Assembly: GCF_009914755.1 (NCBI RefSeq)
Contig: NC_060947.1
Direction: 5' to 3' (one strand)
Origin: the human T2T-CHM13v2.0 reference genome, Homo sapiens
DNA: 64,000 bases
Position 1 is the stretch's first letter. Each line of letters opens with the position of its first letter. The notes beneath the pieces are model-generated. The model was not told where the DNA came from. It saw nothing but the letters and a program-made list of their open reading frames with translations, and did not search any database. The position numbers and the translations under genes are program-made. Shown here one piece after another: positions 1 to 14,750 of this stretch.

Positions 1-105
1 ATTTCAAGTATTCAATAGCCACTTGTGTCTAGTGGCCACAGTACTGAACAATGCAGATAATAGAAGATTTTTCATCATCACAGAAATTTCTATTGGACCA
101 TGCTG
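1..105. mobile_element. MER3 (hAT-Charlie) DNA transposon, terminal part
   Basis: TTCAATAGCCACTTGTGTCTAGTGGCCACAGTACTG...CATCATCACAGAAATTTCTATTGGAC resembles the MER3 end. Confidence 0.8.
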
Positions 106-199
106 CTCTTAGGAGATGAGAAACCAAGCAACCTTGAAGTACTGGCTTAGACTCCCAGGGCTGGAGGTTTGGATGACAGTTAAGACATTTGGTAACTGT

Positions 200-345
200 T
201 AGTTCATTAGCAAATACTTTACTTTCTAAGTATTGGTTTTGTCATCTGTGATATGGAGGAATAATTGTACTTTTTTTTAGGTGGTTATGAAGGCAAAATA
301 GTGGATTGCTCTTTAGAAGCTGTAAAATGCTACATAAATATAAGA
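200..345 (+). mobile_element. MIR SINE fragment
   Basis: Degenerate MIR core GGTTTTGTCATCTGTGATATGGAGGAATAAT. Confidence 0.5.
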
Positions 346-409
346 CATTGTTGTCATTTCAGTGATACCATCTCTGTGCTTTCAGGCAATTCTCATTATT
401 TCTTTGCTT

Positions 410-1005
<596 letters not shown>

Positions 1006-3254
1006 TTGGTCCTTGCTCCCTTTTGTTCATTCAATTTGTTTAACATTTTTTCTTAGCTCTTCATTTACTTTTTGCTCTCTTAGCTCGTTATGGTACTAGA
1101 AACCAGCTATGTGACTGGTTATACCTACCATTCCCTAAAGAATCTTCTATCTCTGGAAACCAGGAAGGCCAGACAATAGTAAATGGATGGATTAGGCAAA
1201 TCCATGGCATCTATGTTAAGGCTATTGCTAAAGAATCAATGCAAAATTTGTGTCTTACTGTAGTAGGAAACATGCTGTCTCTTGGGAGAAGAACTATATA
1301 ACATTAGTGTTTATAACTTATTGTTTTGTCAAGAAAAAATGTAGTTTATTGATTTATATAGTAGCCTTCGATGGGGCAGAAAAAGACAGAAGAAGGAGAT
1401 AAGAGACAATGAAGGATGGGAAAGGAAGGGACACTAAGTTGAGAAAACTTCATGAACAAGACACAGAAGTGGAAAGGATGATGGGAAATTCAAGAACTAG
1501 TGAGTGATGAGACTAAACTGACGTATTTGAGTTCAGTTGTTTTGACAGCATAAGTAGGTAGTATGTGAATCCTAGAGGTCTTCCCATAATGTTTCAATCT
1601 CTGGTCAGATCTACCAAACCCAGCTCTGGAATCCCATTGTTTATAGTGGTCTCTGGTTCAGAGGGAGTCATTAAGCAGTGTCTTGGATTCTAAGGAAATG
1701 TCTCTCAGCAGAACAAAAAAATTAACTCTCTACTTCTTTACAATCACAAGCTTAGCATTGTATTACATTGTTTCAGAGGCCTTTCTTTCTCCAGGAAAGG
1801 TAAACAGGTTTTATTGTACCTTCCCTCCATTATATCCCCAACTTTCCATTATGTTCTGTATGTTAATCTGAGGAGTCATCAATCAAGCCCTTTGTATTCA
1901 TGTCAAGAACAGATTTATGACCTCCCAAAGATCTCGCCACTGTGGGGTACATGGTAAGCATCATCTCCAGGGCCCTTGTGCATTATATTCCTCTCTATCC
2001 AGCTCAGTTTCAAGGTTACCTTGTTTTGGCTGCAGTGCCAGTCTGCTGACTCATGTTTAGTTTACTTGACCACAGGCTATTTTCTCAAGCTCCAGTAATG
2101 TCATTCCTATCTTAACTCCTGTATCAATGAAGGGCTAGGATCAGCTTCTTTATTGTCCATTTCCCCTTCCGGAGACATTTACCATTTTACAGCTCCCTCT
2201 GCCTCCTGGGTATCCAGCTACAATTACCATTAGTACATGAACCTGGCATAGGCCAATTTCTGAGGTTATTAGTTTTTTCTTCCTTTATCATTTGACCCAG
2301 GCTGTGCCATGTTTGTATCCACAGAATTCTCCAGCTTGTCAGAATTATTTCAAATGTTTCCCTTCAGCTGTCAGTCACATCCGCCAACTTGGCATTATTA
2401 GGAAAATATTACATGAGTATATTCTTTAAGCCCATTATGTAAATCACAAAGCATCATGGTATACTGAGAACTAACCCTTATGGAACTGATTTAATGCAAA
2501 CCATTTATTAGCAGTTCTTAGAAAATGATCCTCAAATCAGACATATTATATAACTTTTTTTTTAATTTTAGTTTTCTTGACAAGCATATAACGTGCTTAT
2601 TAAAAACCTTACTAGAGCCAGGTCTCACTTTTCCCCCATGCCATGAATGGAGAGGAGTCATCTACTCAGATTTCCTCTATACCTTCATTCAGAGGACGCC
2701 AGCCCCAGATTTGACAGCACAGTCACTGGTTTTCAACCGTGCCTCAGTCTACTGCTGATAATAGACAGCAACAAGTGACAGGGAGCAGGAGCTACTTAAA
2801 GTCTATCCTCTGGTCTCTCTGCTCAAACAAGAGAGAAGACAACTGCTATCCATGAAGGGCCAATCTGCTGTTCCAGTAACTCATGACATTCATCATTCTG
2901 CTCTAAATTAACTATTTTTATGGCATTTAGAATTTATAATGACAAGTGAATCCTATCTGCCCTAATATTTACAAGTTCTTATTTTTAATGCTACATTCCA
3001 GTTGTTTCATGGGTCTGGAAGCTCACTTCTGCAAGCTAAAACATTTGACTAGGTCTGACTTGAGAGATAGGATATAGGCATCCCTGTGTACTTGGTGCCC
3101 GTTTTACAGAGAGTTAAGCGAGGTATTATGGGAAGCAAGCAAGCAAGAAAGCAAAAGATAGTATTTTTCCATTAGAGATTTTTGTGCTTCAAAGAGGAAG
3201 GAGCAAAAGAAAAAAGTCTATGGATGCAGAAAACAGAATTATATACATACTGGA

Positions 3255-3278
3255 GTGTGTGTCTGTGTGTGTGTGTGT
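3255..3278. repeat. (TG)n microsatellite, interrupted
   Basis: Seen directly. Confidence 0.85.
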
Positions 3279-4119
3279 TTAGGGAATTTGAGGGAGAGAG
3301 AGCTGTGTCTGGATAGCTGCTGAAAATATACAGCATCAAGTACTCTGTGATTTTTATTGAGTATAAGCTTCAGTGGAGGCGATAACTGCATAAGTACCGT
3401 AGCCCATGACAGAGAAGTGGGATATAAGGATCTAAAGGTGGAGTTGTGATGATTAAAGTGCAAATCTTCCTCCCTTTCCCAATAAATAACAGTGTAAAAC
3501 ACCATTCTAGACAGTAAAGGACAAATAAATTAGCTTGATGAGGACTCTGTGGTTGGACCCACAGATATATAAAGAAGAAGAAGAGTGGGCGAATTCTTTG
3601 CTGCATTTCTGTAACTGGCAACACTATGCTTGGATTTTGAAAAAAGCAACATTCTTGACAATTTTTTTTTAATTCTAAAAGTGTGGTCAAAGGGATTGAT
3701 CTTTATGTAGACTAACTTTGGCAAGATTGTCATTTCCAAGTTCAGGAATTTTAAGAATACATGCTACCATCCCTTACCCTATCTTATATTGTAGTTCATT
3801 TCATAGTAAGTTTAAAAAGCTTAGTTTCCAGGTCTGTTTGGCCATCTCCCCAGTCTGAAGGTAGAAAGAAGAGAACACACTGCCCCTCATCTTAGCTAAT
3901 TCCTATTTATTTCTCAGGTTTCACTTATCGATAATTCTTTTGTGATCATTTCATCTTCCCCTCATTAGATCACATTGCCTCATTGGATGCTTTCATACCA
4001 ACCTGCACTTTTTTCATTTTTCGACTTACCAAAGCTTGTTATTGTACATTTTTGTAATTGTTTCTTTTGTGTCTGTCACCAGATAGCTTACATATTTTGC
4101 TCCTTTTATTCTATCTAAA

Positions 4120-4580
4120 ATAATCCTATTGTGTTTGGGGTGGAAATTTTTCCATGTAAAATCTACATTTCCTAGTCTCCTGTGCATTTATGGCTGGCCA
4201 TGTGACATAATTCTGACTGACCATTAAGATGTAGGTAAAATACATACAGTTAGTCTTCAAGGGATGTTCTTTAGAATAGCAAGAAATACAGCTGACTTGG
4301 GTAGCTTTTGCCTATCATCCTGTTTCTGTTCCTACTTTGGGCACAGTCACAATATTGGAAGAGGAGAAGCAGCTACTTTGTAACCATGAGGCAGCAGGCA
4401 TGAGATGACAGCCACACACTATGCTGAGGCTGAGCAGAAAGACAGATGTGAAATAGACTCCCTATTGACATCACAGAGCCACCATACTCATTGGGGCTTT
4501 ATTTTCACACAAGAAAAATAATCACTCTGCTGATTTTCATTGCCATTTTCTTTTCAGAGTTTCTCTTACTTGCAGTGGCA
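4120..4580 (+). mobile_element. MLT1J-like MaLR LTR
   Basis: CTACATTTCCTAGTCTCCTGTGC...GGCCATGTGAC...GTAACCATGAGG...TTACTTGCAG motifs. Confidence 0.65.
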
Positions 4581-6643
4581 CAGAAAGATAAGCAAAGAAG
4601 GAACGATAGGAAAACTATTTTACCTAGAGAAGAGGGTTGCATTCCATTGGATTCTATAACTTGGCTTTGGACAGTAATGCAGGGAAAATTATACACCTTC
4701 CTGGGAACTCATGATTGGAGAAGTCAGTAGAAGAGAAGAAAGTTGAGAGTGAGGCCAAGACACCCCTAGAGAGAAATGAGAGAGTTGCTCCTTGAATGAG
4801 TTAAGTCAAAGGAAATGGAAGGAAAAATATGAGGTCTGTGGGCTATCTAATGCTCCTCTTATGAAGTGTGGTTGAGTTGGAGGAGAGAGGCTCAATGTGG
4901 TTAGCGTACTTATTATGTGCATTAAGCAGACTAGAGTGCATTAAATGTGGAGTGAATTGATTTTATACAACTATCCTCAGCTGTCTTTTTTAAAAAAAAT
5001 AATGACTAATGCATTCCTGCAAATGTGTTTCTCCGGAAAAGCTTTTGGGGAAGGGAGATTATTTTACCTAATCCCTTTTCATCTATGTTATAGAATATTT
5101 AGTGTGCTTATTTGACCTTGAGAGTTATACCTCTTGTCATTAGGCAAAGGAAGGTTAGCTAAAGGAAAAAAAAATTACATGGAGCACTATCCTTATAACT
5201 TTAGGTTAAAATAATTTTTCCATACTTAAATATACAGAGTACATTGCCAACAAATGGAAATCTCTGCTTTTGGAAGGTGAGGTATATAGGCCAAAGTACA
5301 ACTAAAGTTAGAGAACGCCTCTCTCTCTCCTCTCCCGACTCCATTTCTTCCTCAGGAGAGATTTTCCCAAATGACGCCAGCTATGGACCTCAGCCTGTCC
5401 ACACAGGGGAAAAGCTCACCTTTCCAATGAAGCAAGCCAAAGCCTCTATTGGAAGCAAACCCTGGCCTTCCTTCTCCAGAGCTTGCATCTTGACCTGAGC
5501 TTTACACTGTTCCTTTCTTTCCCCATTGACTAGGCTGTTGTGTGCCTTAGAATAGGCTTGCTCCATATACTGCTACTATTTATATCCTCCTGCTTCATGC
5601 TGATTGACCTAGCTTTGGGCTCTTTACTTGCCCTGATCTTGGATAGTTTGTGTACGCTTCCTTACTGGCTTATCTTGTGGATTCTGATCCATTTCCTGCT
5701 CTCACTTCTAGTACCTTCTCAAGCAATGACTACTAACACTCTGCCTCTGCTTCCTTGGTTCTTTGGCTGGGCCCTTGTAACTCATTGAATTATTTTGCAG
5801 GGCTGAATGCAGAGAAGCAGAAGAGGATGGGACTGTTCAGGACATTTATATGAGTATGTAACATGAACATATTCCAGCCACAAAATAGAAGCTAGACTTT
5901 CTGCCCATGGCTGTGTTTATAACATCCTCTCTCAGCAAGTCAGGAACTGGTTATTCCCTGGAATCTGATTTTATGAGTAAGCTCAGTTTCAGATGTCCAC
6001 ATTTGAAGTACTTAACTATCAATTCTTTTTTTAAAACATTTTTTATGTCAAAGGGACATCAAACACAGCCCTTCATGAAAGAGCTCGTTCAGGCCCAATA
6101 AATGGTCAGTGAAGGGTCAAGAGTATATTGTCCAAAAATAAGGGAGAGGTTTATGATATAAAACTATTAATTTCTCCTCTATTTTTTGTAATTTGTCTCC
6201 TATTGTAAATGCTTTTATTGTCCCTAGGGAATAGGAACTAAAGACTATATGGTTTTCTGTTGATAGTTCAAATTCAAATCTTGGGGTCCTTATTCTCTCT
6301 CAAAAGATGGACTATATGAGGCTCTATGTGGGAGGATTAGCAGTATACATTCACAGCACCTTGATTCTCTAGACTGAAAGGAGCTCAAGGGTTATTTTCA
6401 ACATTTAACCCAGGTTCTAGCTTGGTAACTGGAGCATGGTATGTATTTGAGAAGTAATTATTGAATTGGGTCCTGGCTATCTGGATAGCTAGCTGAGTGA
6501 CATTGTCCTAGTCTTTTCATTTCCATTTAATAGATGAGAAATATGAGGCTCAATATCACCTCTTCCACAAGGAGTTTTGTAACTAAGATAATGAGAGCAA
6601 TTTTTTATAAATTAAAAAGAGAACCATACAAACTATACCACTT

Positions 6644-7450
<807 letters not shown>

Positions 7451-7454
7451 CATG

Positions 7455-7775
7455 CACGAATCTCTTACACAAAGTCCTTTGGCCAGAGGTGTTTTGGAAT
7501 TCAGATGTTTTCAGATAGTAGAAAGGCAGTACAGTGCATATACCATCTATTAAGTATTACTCCCACCACGTTGTAGAGTAACACCATGTGTTCAAACACT
7601 GTATTATTTTCACAGAAAATACAATTATATTAACACTAAGTGAGATAAATAAAGAACTCTGATATGATCTTATCCATTCAGAACCCACTTTACTGCCAAA
7701 TGAGTTTCAATTTTTTGTTTAGAGATTTTTTTTTTTTTTTGGATAACAGAATGGCAGATAATGAGTTTGGGGCCA
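7455..7775. mobile_element. MER46C-like (TcMar-Tigger) element
   Basis: GGCCAGAGGTGTTTTGGAATTCAG...ACACTAAGTGAGATAAATAAAGA...GCCAAATGAGTT...GCAGATAA. Confidence 0.75.
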
Positions 7776-7799
7776 ATATCAAATACTGACTTGGATACC

Positions 7800-8400
7800 A
7801 TTCCTCTGAAAATCTTTGTCTCATAATATCTTTCTTCCTCAGCCCCGTTGTCATTATCCTAGTTCTGGTCCTCATTAATTCACAGCTAAACCACCATACC
7901 AGGTTCCTAATTGTCTCCGGCTTTCACATATTCATAACTTTCTAACCAGTGTCTCTCTCTCTCTCTCCCTCTCTCTCCTCTCTTCAATCCTGTTTACACT
8001 CTGTTGCTAGATTAATCTTTCTCTTATACAGCTCTGACTAAGCCATTCCCCTGGTTAGTACCTTCTGTTACTCCCAATATAAAAGAGTTTGGCGTAAAGA
8101 AATGCCAAACTCCTCAATAGAGCTTTCGTGCTTCTACAACCTGGACCCTCTTCTTCCCTGCAGGTTCCCTGGGTGAGAACTCAACTGGACTGCTCACTTT
8201 TTTTTTTTTAATCACTTGCCCCATAATGTCCTCCCTGTATGTGTGCCTTTCCTCTCTGCTTTGAAGATATGGACCCCAAGCCGTGACTTCTAAATATCCA
8301 GGCTCTACCCATCTATCAAGGCCAAGTTCAAATGATACCTGCAGGAAGCTGCCTTTGGCCCTTTCAGTTGGATACAACCTCATTTCCTCCCCTTGCCCCA
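7800..8400 (+). mobile_element. L2 fragments with an internal (CT)n tract at about 7952-7985
   Basis: Pyrimidine-rich L2-like text, e.g. CAAGGCCAAGTTCAAATGATACC. Confidence 0.5.
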
Positions 8401-8652
8401 TAATAATGATGACGATAACATTTTTAAGCACTCACTATGTGTCAGGAATGTTCACAGTGCTTTGCATGTATTAATTAGTTTAATCCTCACGACAATCTGT
8501 GAGATAAGTCCTGTTTGCAGCCTTGTTTTATGTATATAGAAACTGAGGTTCAGAGAAAATAAGTAACTTTCCCAAAGTCACAGAGTTGTTAGTGGCAGAT
8601 CTGGAATTTGAACACGTGACATCTAGCTCCAGAGCTTATGTTTAACCACCGT
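8400..8652 (-). mobile_element. MIR SINE, near full length
   Basis: AGCACTCACTATGTGTCAGG...TTTAATCCTCACGACAA...GAAACTGAGGTTCAGAGA...GGAATTTGAAC. Confidence 0.9.
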
Positions 8653-8834
8653 ACCCTTTATTGTACTCTTATTGTATCATTTATCACTCTCTCTTGGGTT
8701 ATGAATATCAACATCTATCTCCTGATCTAGGTGCTAACTCTTTAATTTAAAAAGTTATCTGGATTTTTATATTTGTATCCCCCATAACCTTCAGCACAGT
8801 ACTTTGCACATAGCAAGAATTTATTTACTGTTTA

Positions 8835-9245
8835 AGGTGATGCAACCTACAGTAATATATGGATTAACCCTGCAATCTTAATGGCTTAACACAGTGAAGT
8901 TTATTTCTTGTTCACACAACCAGTCATTGTAGGTGTTTCTGGTTAGGTGGCTCTTCTCCCAGGGAAAATGTAAAGGCCTGGTTTTCTTTCACCTCATGAC
9001 TCTGTTGTTTTCATCACCTGGCTTCCAGGACTGCCCCAGGGTTGTCTTTCTTCCTGCCAGTAGGAGAATGGATAGTGTATGAAGAACTGCGAAAGGGAAG
9101 TTTTCATGAGCCAGGCCTGGAAATGGTGCACATTACTCTACTGGCCAGAGCTCAGTCACCTGGCCACATGGAACTGCAGGGGAGGCTGAAAGATGTAATT
9201 GAGTTACATATGTATGTGTCCAGGAGGAAAAGGAAATTGCACGAG
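8835..9245 (-). mobile_element. Old MLT1 (J/K-like) MaLR LTR
   Basis: AATCTTAATGGCTTAACACAGTGAAGTTTATTTCTTGTTCAC...GGCCAGAGCTCAGTCACCTGGCCAC. Confidence 0.7.
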
Positions 9246-10459
9246 AACAAATAAATGTTGAGTGAATGCATGCTATAGAGAGCCCTGCAGTATGCATCCA
9301 TTGTAGGGTTTCAATTAATTAATCAACCCCCTTTGAGTAGAGTCTTTCTACCATTCAAAAAAATTCCCCAAACCAAATCATCATGCAGGCCATGATTCTC
9401 TACCTTGTCCTTAGGATATTGGGAAAATTTTTGTCTAAAGTCTTGGCAAAATCTGGTTATAATACCCTATTTCTATTATTTCCCCCACAAACATGTATGT
9501 TAATCAGCTTTCAAATCTGTATTGAAATAAAATGGTTTTACAGAGGTCTGTCCTAGTGAGCTGTGCTATTCAAGAATCCTGTGATCTCATCTGCCTTCTC
9601 ATAGCTGACTATAAGAGATTATTTGTCTATTAAATTAAAAATTGCATGCAGATAGATATACCCACGAGTCAATGCATCAGTTTATTTAAAATCAAATTGC
9701 CCAGGAGTGGAGAGGTATTTTGCTGAGTCTGTTTTTTCTAGCCTCAAACCTATATAAAAAATAACTGAAAATAATAACATATTTACCTGTTTAACATACT
9801 TCTTTTTTCTTTCCCAAATGAGAAGTGTTAGAGCAGTGTTCAAGTGATATATAAAAACACTTCTGTGCTTTCTTCTCTCTACATCCTGTAAGGCTGTGAA
9901 TTTAAGGGGACTGAACAGTTCTCTTACTTTAAAAAAAAATTATTGGTTTACATGGCTGACAAATCGAATTGATAATTATATTCATCAAATATTAACAAAA
10001 TATTCATTTGGGGCTTAAATAACTCAATATCATTTAAAGGAACAAGGTTCAAACATGAAATAAGCATAACAGTAATTTAAAAATTATTATTCCAGTTCTA
10101 TTCAGTTCTTCATAACCTATGCAAGCACAGGTTCTATTAGGAAAAGCCTCCCCTGCCTGCTTCTATCTGCTCCCAAATGTGTTTTTTAAAAATCCATTGG
10201 CCCTTGGGAAGATTATTTTCTCAACACTTAAAATACTCATCTAGTGTTAAATTTTGACCCTGGAAATTTATGCACAGCTAGTTCCTGGGATATTACTAGA
10301 TCACTAGTCAGAAGAAGTCCCGTTTTCACATCAAGCATATAGGCAGATATTTTCCTTGGAGCATTTTGGAGCCTTAAGTCTTTTGAGCTTATCAACTTGC
10401 TGGTGACATGTTGGACTGTGTCCCAGAACAACACCATGTTACTGGTTGAGACCTTCAGC

Positions 10460-10800
10460 ATAGCTGAAAGAGCACAGAGTGAGAGCTGGAAGGCTTGGGT
10501 GACAGCCTCTGCTCTGGTGCTAAGCTGTGCTCTGCTGTGTCACCATGGGCAAGTAAGACTTTCTCTGGGCCTCAGTTTCTTCCTCCTTGCATATCAAAAG
10601 GTTGGATTGGAAAATCCCCAGGATCCCCTCCCATAGATCATGAGTTCTCAGCCAGAAATGTGTCATTCGTTTGTGTCCCCAGAACTTGGTATGATGCCTA
10701 ATCAATAGTTGGTACAGTATGTATGTTTAAATGAAAAAAATTCAATGACATAATACATATAAAGCACTTTAGAAACTGTCTGGTCAGTATAAGCACTGGG
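10460..10800 (+). mobile_element. MIR and L2 3'-end fragments
   Basis: GGGCAAGT...CTCTGGGCCTCAGTTTCTTCC core; AAAGCACTTTAGAAACTGTCTGG. Confidence 0.6.
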
Positions 10801-11527
10801 AAACTTTTTGCTAGTATTTCAACTAAAAGGCCATCTGCATTTGTGAGAACTGCTGACAGCATGCACACCTTCAGCCCATGTGCTAGCACAGGAAAGTTGC
10901 TGAGTTCACTCTTCCTTGAGAGTTAGGCCCACTCTTTCCCTGCTAAAAGACACACATCAGAGATTTTCAGTACTAGGGTTTCTCTCAGAAATGGACATGA
11001 AGATTAAATACTTCTGCACTTCTCTTCTCCCTTGCCAGGAGCAGCTCACTCCTAGGTCATTCCATGTTAAATCAGCATGAAGCTGGGCTGGGACATGATG
11101 CACCCAGCCTTCTCAGTTATGCTCAAGACATCACCAGCATCATTATGTCTCTGAAAGCCCAGATCTAGGTATCTCCATGCTCATCTCTCTTCGGATGCAG
11201 GCTCTCCCCTGTGCTGATGCCTCTAATCACAGAATCCTTCACAGTGTCTCCCATCTGAAGCAGAGTTGGGAACCAACAATGTATTTCTTCTACCGCCAAT
11301 TTAGTCTTGGCTTTCGGTAGGGTATTTATCTCAAACTTCTTATAAAAAACAAACCAGAGTCAAGAAGGAGCCCTGGGGATTTGTATGCAGCTGGCTAGAT
11401 CACTCTGTCTCACGTCCCCCAATCCTCCCTCTTTCCCCCTACCACACTCAGTCTTGCTGCCACTATCGATGTGACTTGAAACCATCAGTTCAAATCTCAT
11501 CTTGTTTTTTTATCCCTGTCTGCACTA

Positions 11528-11893
11528 TGCTATGGACTGAATGTTTGTGTTGTCCTGAAATTCAGATATTGAATTCCTAACTCTCAAGGTTATGGAATTA
11601 AGAATTGTGTCCTTTGTCAGGTGACTATGTCATAAAGTTGGAGCCCTCATGTATGGGATTAGTGCCCTTACAAAAGAGAACCCAGAAAGCTCCCTCATCC
11701 CTTCTACCATATGAGGTTACAGTGAAAAGATGGCTAACTAGGAAGCAGAAAGAAGACACTCACCAGACTCCCATCTGCCAATGCCTTGATCGTATACTTT
11801 TCAGCCTCCAGAACTTTGAGAAATAAATTTCTATTGTTTATAGGACACCCAGTCTATGGCATTCTCTTATAGCAGCCTGAACAGACTAAGACA
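11528..11893 (+). mobile_element. MLT1A0-like MaLR solo LTR, complete
   Basis: TGCTATGGACTGAATGTTTGTG to AGACTAAGACA, with AATAAA; near-TSD CACTA/CACCA. Confidence 0.9.
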
Positions 11894-12884
11894 CACCAGG
11901 AGACCCAAGAAGTTCAGACCCCTCAGTCATCCCTCATCTCCTGGACTCAAATTCCCACGCATGGCACATGACATCTTATCAATGAGTTTGTTCCTGCTCA
12001 CTGGATTTTTAATTTCCAACCCTTCCCCATAGTGCCCATCTGCTTTGCTTTTCTAAGTTACCATTGCTTGTAATTTCTTTGATTATTTACCATTTCCTAC
12101 CACTAGAATATAACCTTCATGAAGCCATGGGCTTTTTCCTATTTACTGATGGTGTCTTCATGCAAAGAACAGTGCCTGGCACTTAGTAGTCACTTGAAAG
12201 GCAATGGTTGGATGACTCTTTGCCAGTAATGGACACGGGGCACTTGGAGAAATGTTCTCAGGTCTTTATGCTCTCTCATCCACCTCCAGGAACTCTGCTC
12301 CATTTTTTTTTAAGCAATAACTCCCTTTAAGTTTCTGCTCAGGGTCTTTAAGCTTAGTTTGCCTTTCCCATCCTAGTCATAACTACAGTGATCATCTTCT
12401 TTAGGTTCCTGCCTCAGCCTGCCATTTCTTAGTTAAGCAGTTGCTAAAGAGATGCCCATTCGCTTTGTTCCTTGAATCTTTATTGGGAGAGTGGCAGTGG
12501 TGAAGAAGGTAGGGCTGGGAGACTACTTTTTTTTCTAAAGTCAGGTAACTGCAGTCGAACCACAAAGCTTCTGAAGTTCTTTTTACTTCTCCTTTCTTTG
12601 TACTAATTCAGACAGATATGAACACCATTTGGCAATATTCCCTGCCATTTTCTTTTGCCTTCCATTTCCATTTCTTTTATCTATAATCTGTACTCTAGCT
12701 AAGCTCTGAAAGATTGTCTTTTTTTAGTTCTCACCATGAAGGTTGAATTATAGCTCTAATTTGTTTATTGCCTGCAATACATTTATGATACGTGCATATG
12801 TGTGTGTCTGTGCATTTATGAATGTGTCATGCATATATATGTACACATACATACTCATGCATGTACACACCCACATATTCAGGC

Positions 12885-12965
12885 ACTTATATACCATTGT
12901 ACAGATGAGAAAACTGAAGTTCGGAGAAGTAAAATAATTTCTCCAAGGTCACTCAGAGAGTGAAG
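12885..12965 (-). mobile_element. MIR core fragment
   Basis: TACAGATGAGAAAACTGAAGTTCGGAGAAGT. Confidence 0.75.
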
Positions 12966-13044
12966 TTTAGTTTCTTTTTAGTCCATTTTAACTTACTCCA
13001 CTTAAAGCCACTCTTGAAAGAGTTGCCAAATCTTGTCAAATTTT

Positions 13045-13550
13045 GTTAATTTAAAACTTTCACTATGACACATTTTAAGCATATAGACAGAAAGAGAGAA
13101 TAATATCAAGAAAATCCATGTATTATCCTATACTTGTTTTCACATTTTAGAAAGGAATGATGCCTTACAGAGAAGTAGCTGTTGTATACTTCTTCCTGAT
13201 CGCATTTTCCCTACCCCCTCCCCAGAGGTAACATTTTCATGATTTTAAAAAATAATTCACATGCTTGCTTTTACATTATTTCTATATACAAATGGATTTA
13301 TACAAATATATACTTAGTTTTAGCTTTTAAGCTTTTAAGTAATATCTGTTTTGCAGCAGTTGCTTTTTGTTAACATTATGTTTTTGAGTTTTTTCCATGT
13401 TGATGGGAGTGACTCCCTTTTGCATTCATTTTAATTGCTCACAGTAGTCCATTGTATGAATATTCCGCAATTTATTTACCTGGTCTCTTGCCAATATATA
13501 ATTATTCTTTTTCCACATTTTTATTTAAAAAACAATAATGTCACTGTCTG
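13045..13550 (-). mobile_element. Old L1M (L1ME-like) 3' fragment
   Basis: CCCTCCCCAGAGGTAAC...CATTCATTTTAATTGCT...CCATTGTATGAATA. Confidence 0.6.
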
Positions 13551-14750
13551 CATCTTATTCTGCCTCTCTGCAACATTTGCCATAATTGACCATCTTTTAT
13601 TGTACAATTTTTTTTTCTCTTGGCTCTATAACCTCAAGAGTCTTGGTTTTTCCCCCTTCTCCTCTGGCTACTTCTTGGTTTTCATTACCTTCTTTCTTCT
13701 GTGTAACCTAAAAATGTCAAAATTCCCCACTCTTGGTCTTGAATCCTTTTCCCTTATCTCTCTTTCCATTTTTTTTTTTCCTGGAAGATCTCACTTATTT
13801 ATGTGACTTTAAATATAGGTTGATACTCTTCAAAGTGGTGTCTCCTGTCCATACCTCCCCTCTAAGCTCCAGACTCATGAATCATGACAATTGCCTACTT
13901 GACTCCTCCTCTTAGGTATCTCAGAGGCCATTCAAGGTCAAACTTAGGACATCTAAGAAAAAAAAAAGGAACTCCTGATTTTTCTGTGTAAACCTGTAAT
14001 AAAGAGCTTTTAAAATGGCCCTCAACAAGCTGGCCTCCTAGTATTCACATTTTGTCACATCTTTGTGTAATCTCCTCCCTTGTGTACAGACTGGACTCAC
14101 TGAATTGCTTCTAATGAATCTATGGCAAAAATGATGGGATGCCACTTCCAAGATTAGGTTACAAAAGACTGACTTCCATCTTGTTTGCATTCTCTGTGGC
14201 TTTCCTTACTTGTTCACTCTGAGGAACCCATTTGTCATGTTCTGAACTGCCTGATGGAGAGAACCACATATCAAGGAACTGAGAACAGCCTTGGGCCAAC
14301 AACCATTTGATTGTTAAAGGACTGGACTCTGCCAATGACTACAGGAGTGTGAACTTGGAAGTGGTTCCTGCCACAGTTAAGCCTGATGACTGCAACTACT
14401 GCTGACACCTCAATTGCACTCTTGTGAGAAACCCTGAGCCAGAGAGGGTGCAGCTAAACCACACTGGGGCACCTGACCCACGGAAATAATGACATAATAA
14501 ATGTTTGTTATTTTAAGCTGCTCATTTTGGGGGTAATTTGTTACATAGTATTAGATAACTAATATAACTAATACAAGTCCTATTCATCTCTCAGTGGTCT
14601 ACATATCAATAAACAATTCACTTGGATATTCAGATTATAAAGTCTTTCTTGACTCATGCCTCTTTCTTATCCTCCACAGCAACCCATTTGCTAGTCCTGT
14701 AGCTTCTATCTCCGTTGGCATACACTAGGCCAAGCCACCATCATCTCTTG
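13550..14750 (+). mobile_element. L2 fragment interrupted by MLT1F
   Basis: AAGCTCCAGACTCAT...AATTGCCTACTTGAC before the LTR; CAAGCCACCATCATCTCTTGCC after it. Confidence 0.65.
13995..14566 (+). mobile_element. MLT1F-like MaLR LTR
   Basis: GATGGGATGCCACTTCCAAGATTAGGTTACAAAAGAC...TTTGGGGGTAATTTGTTACATAGTATTAGATAACTAATA. Confidence 0.85.

Noticed and set aside
1900-1960. Donor-like ATG|GTAAGC at about 1953
   Set aside because: Isolated splice-like motif with no convincing acceptor or reading frame
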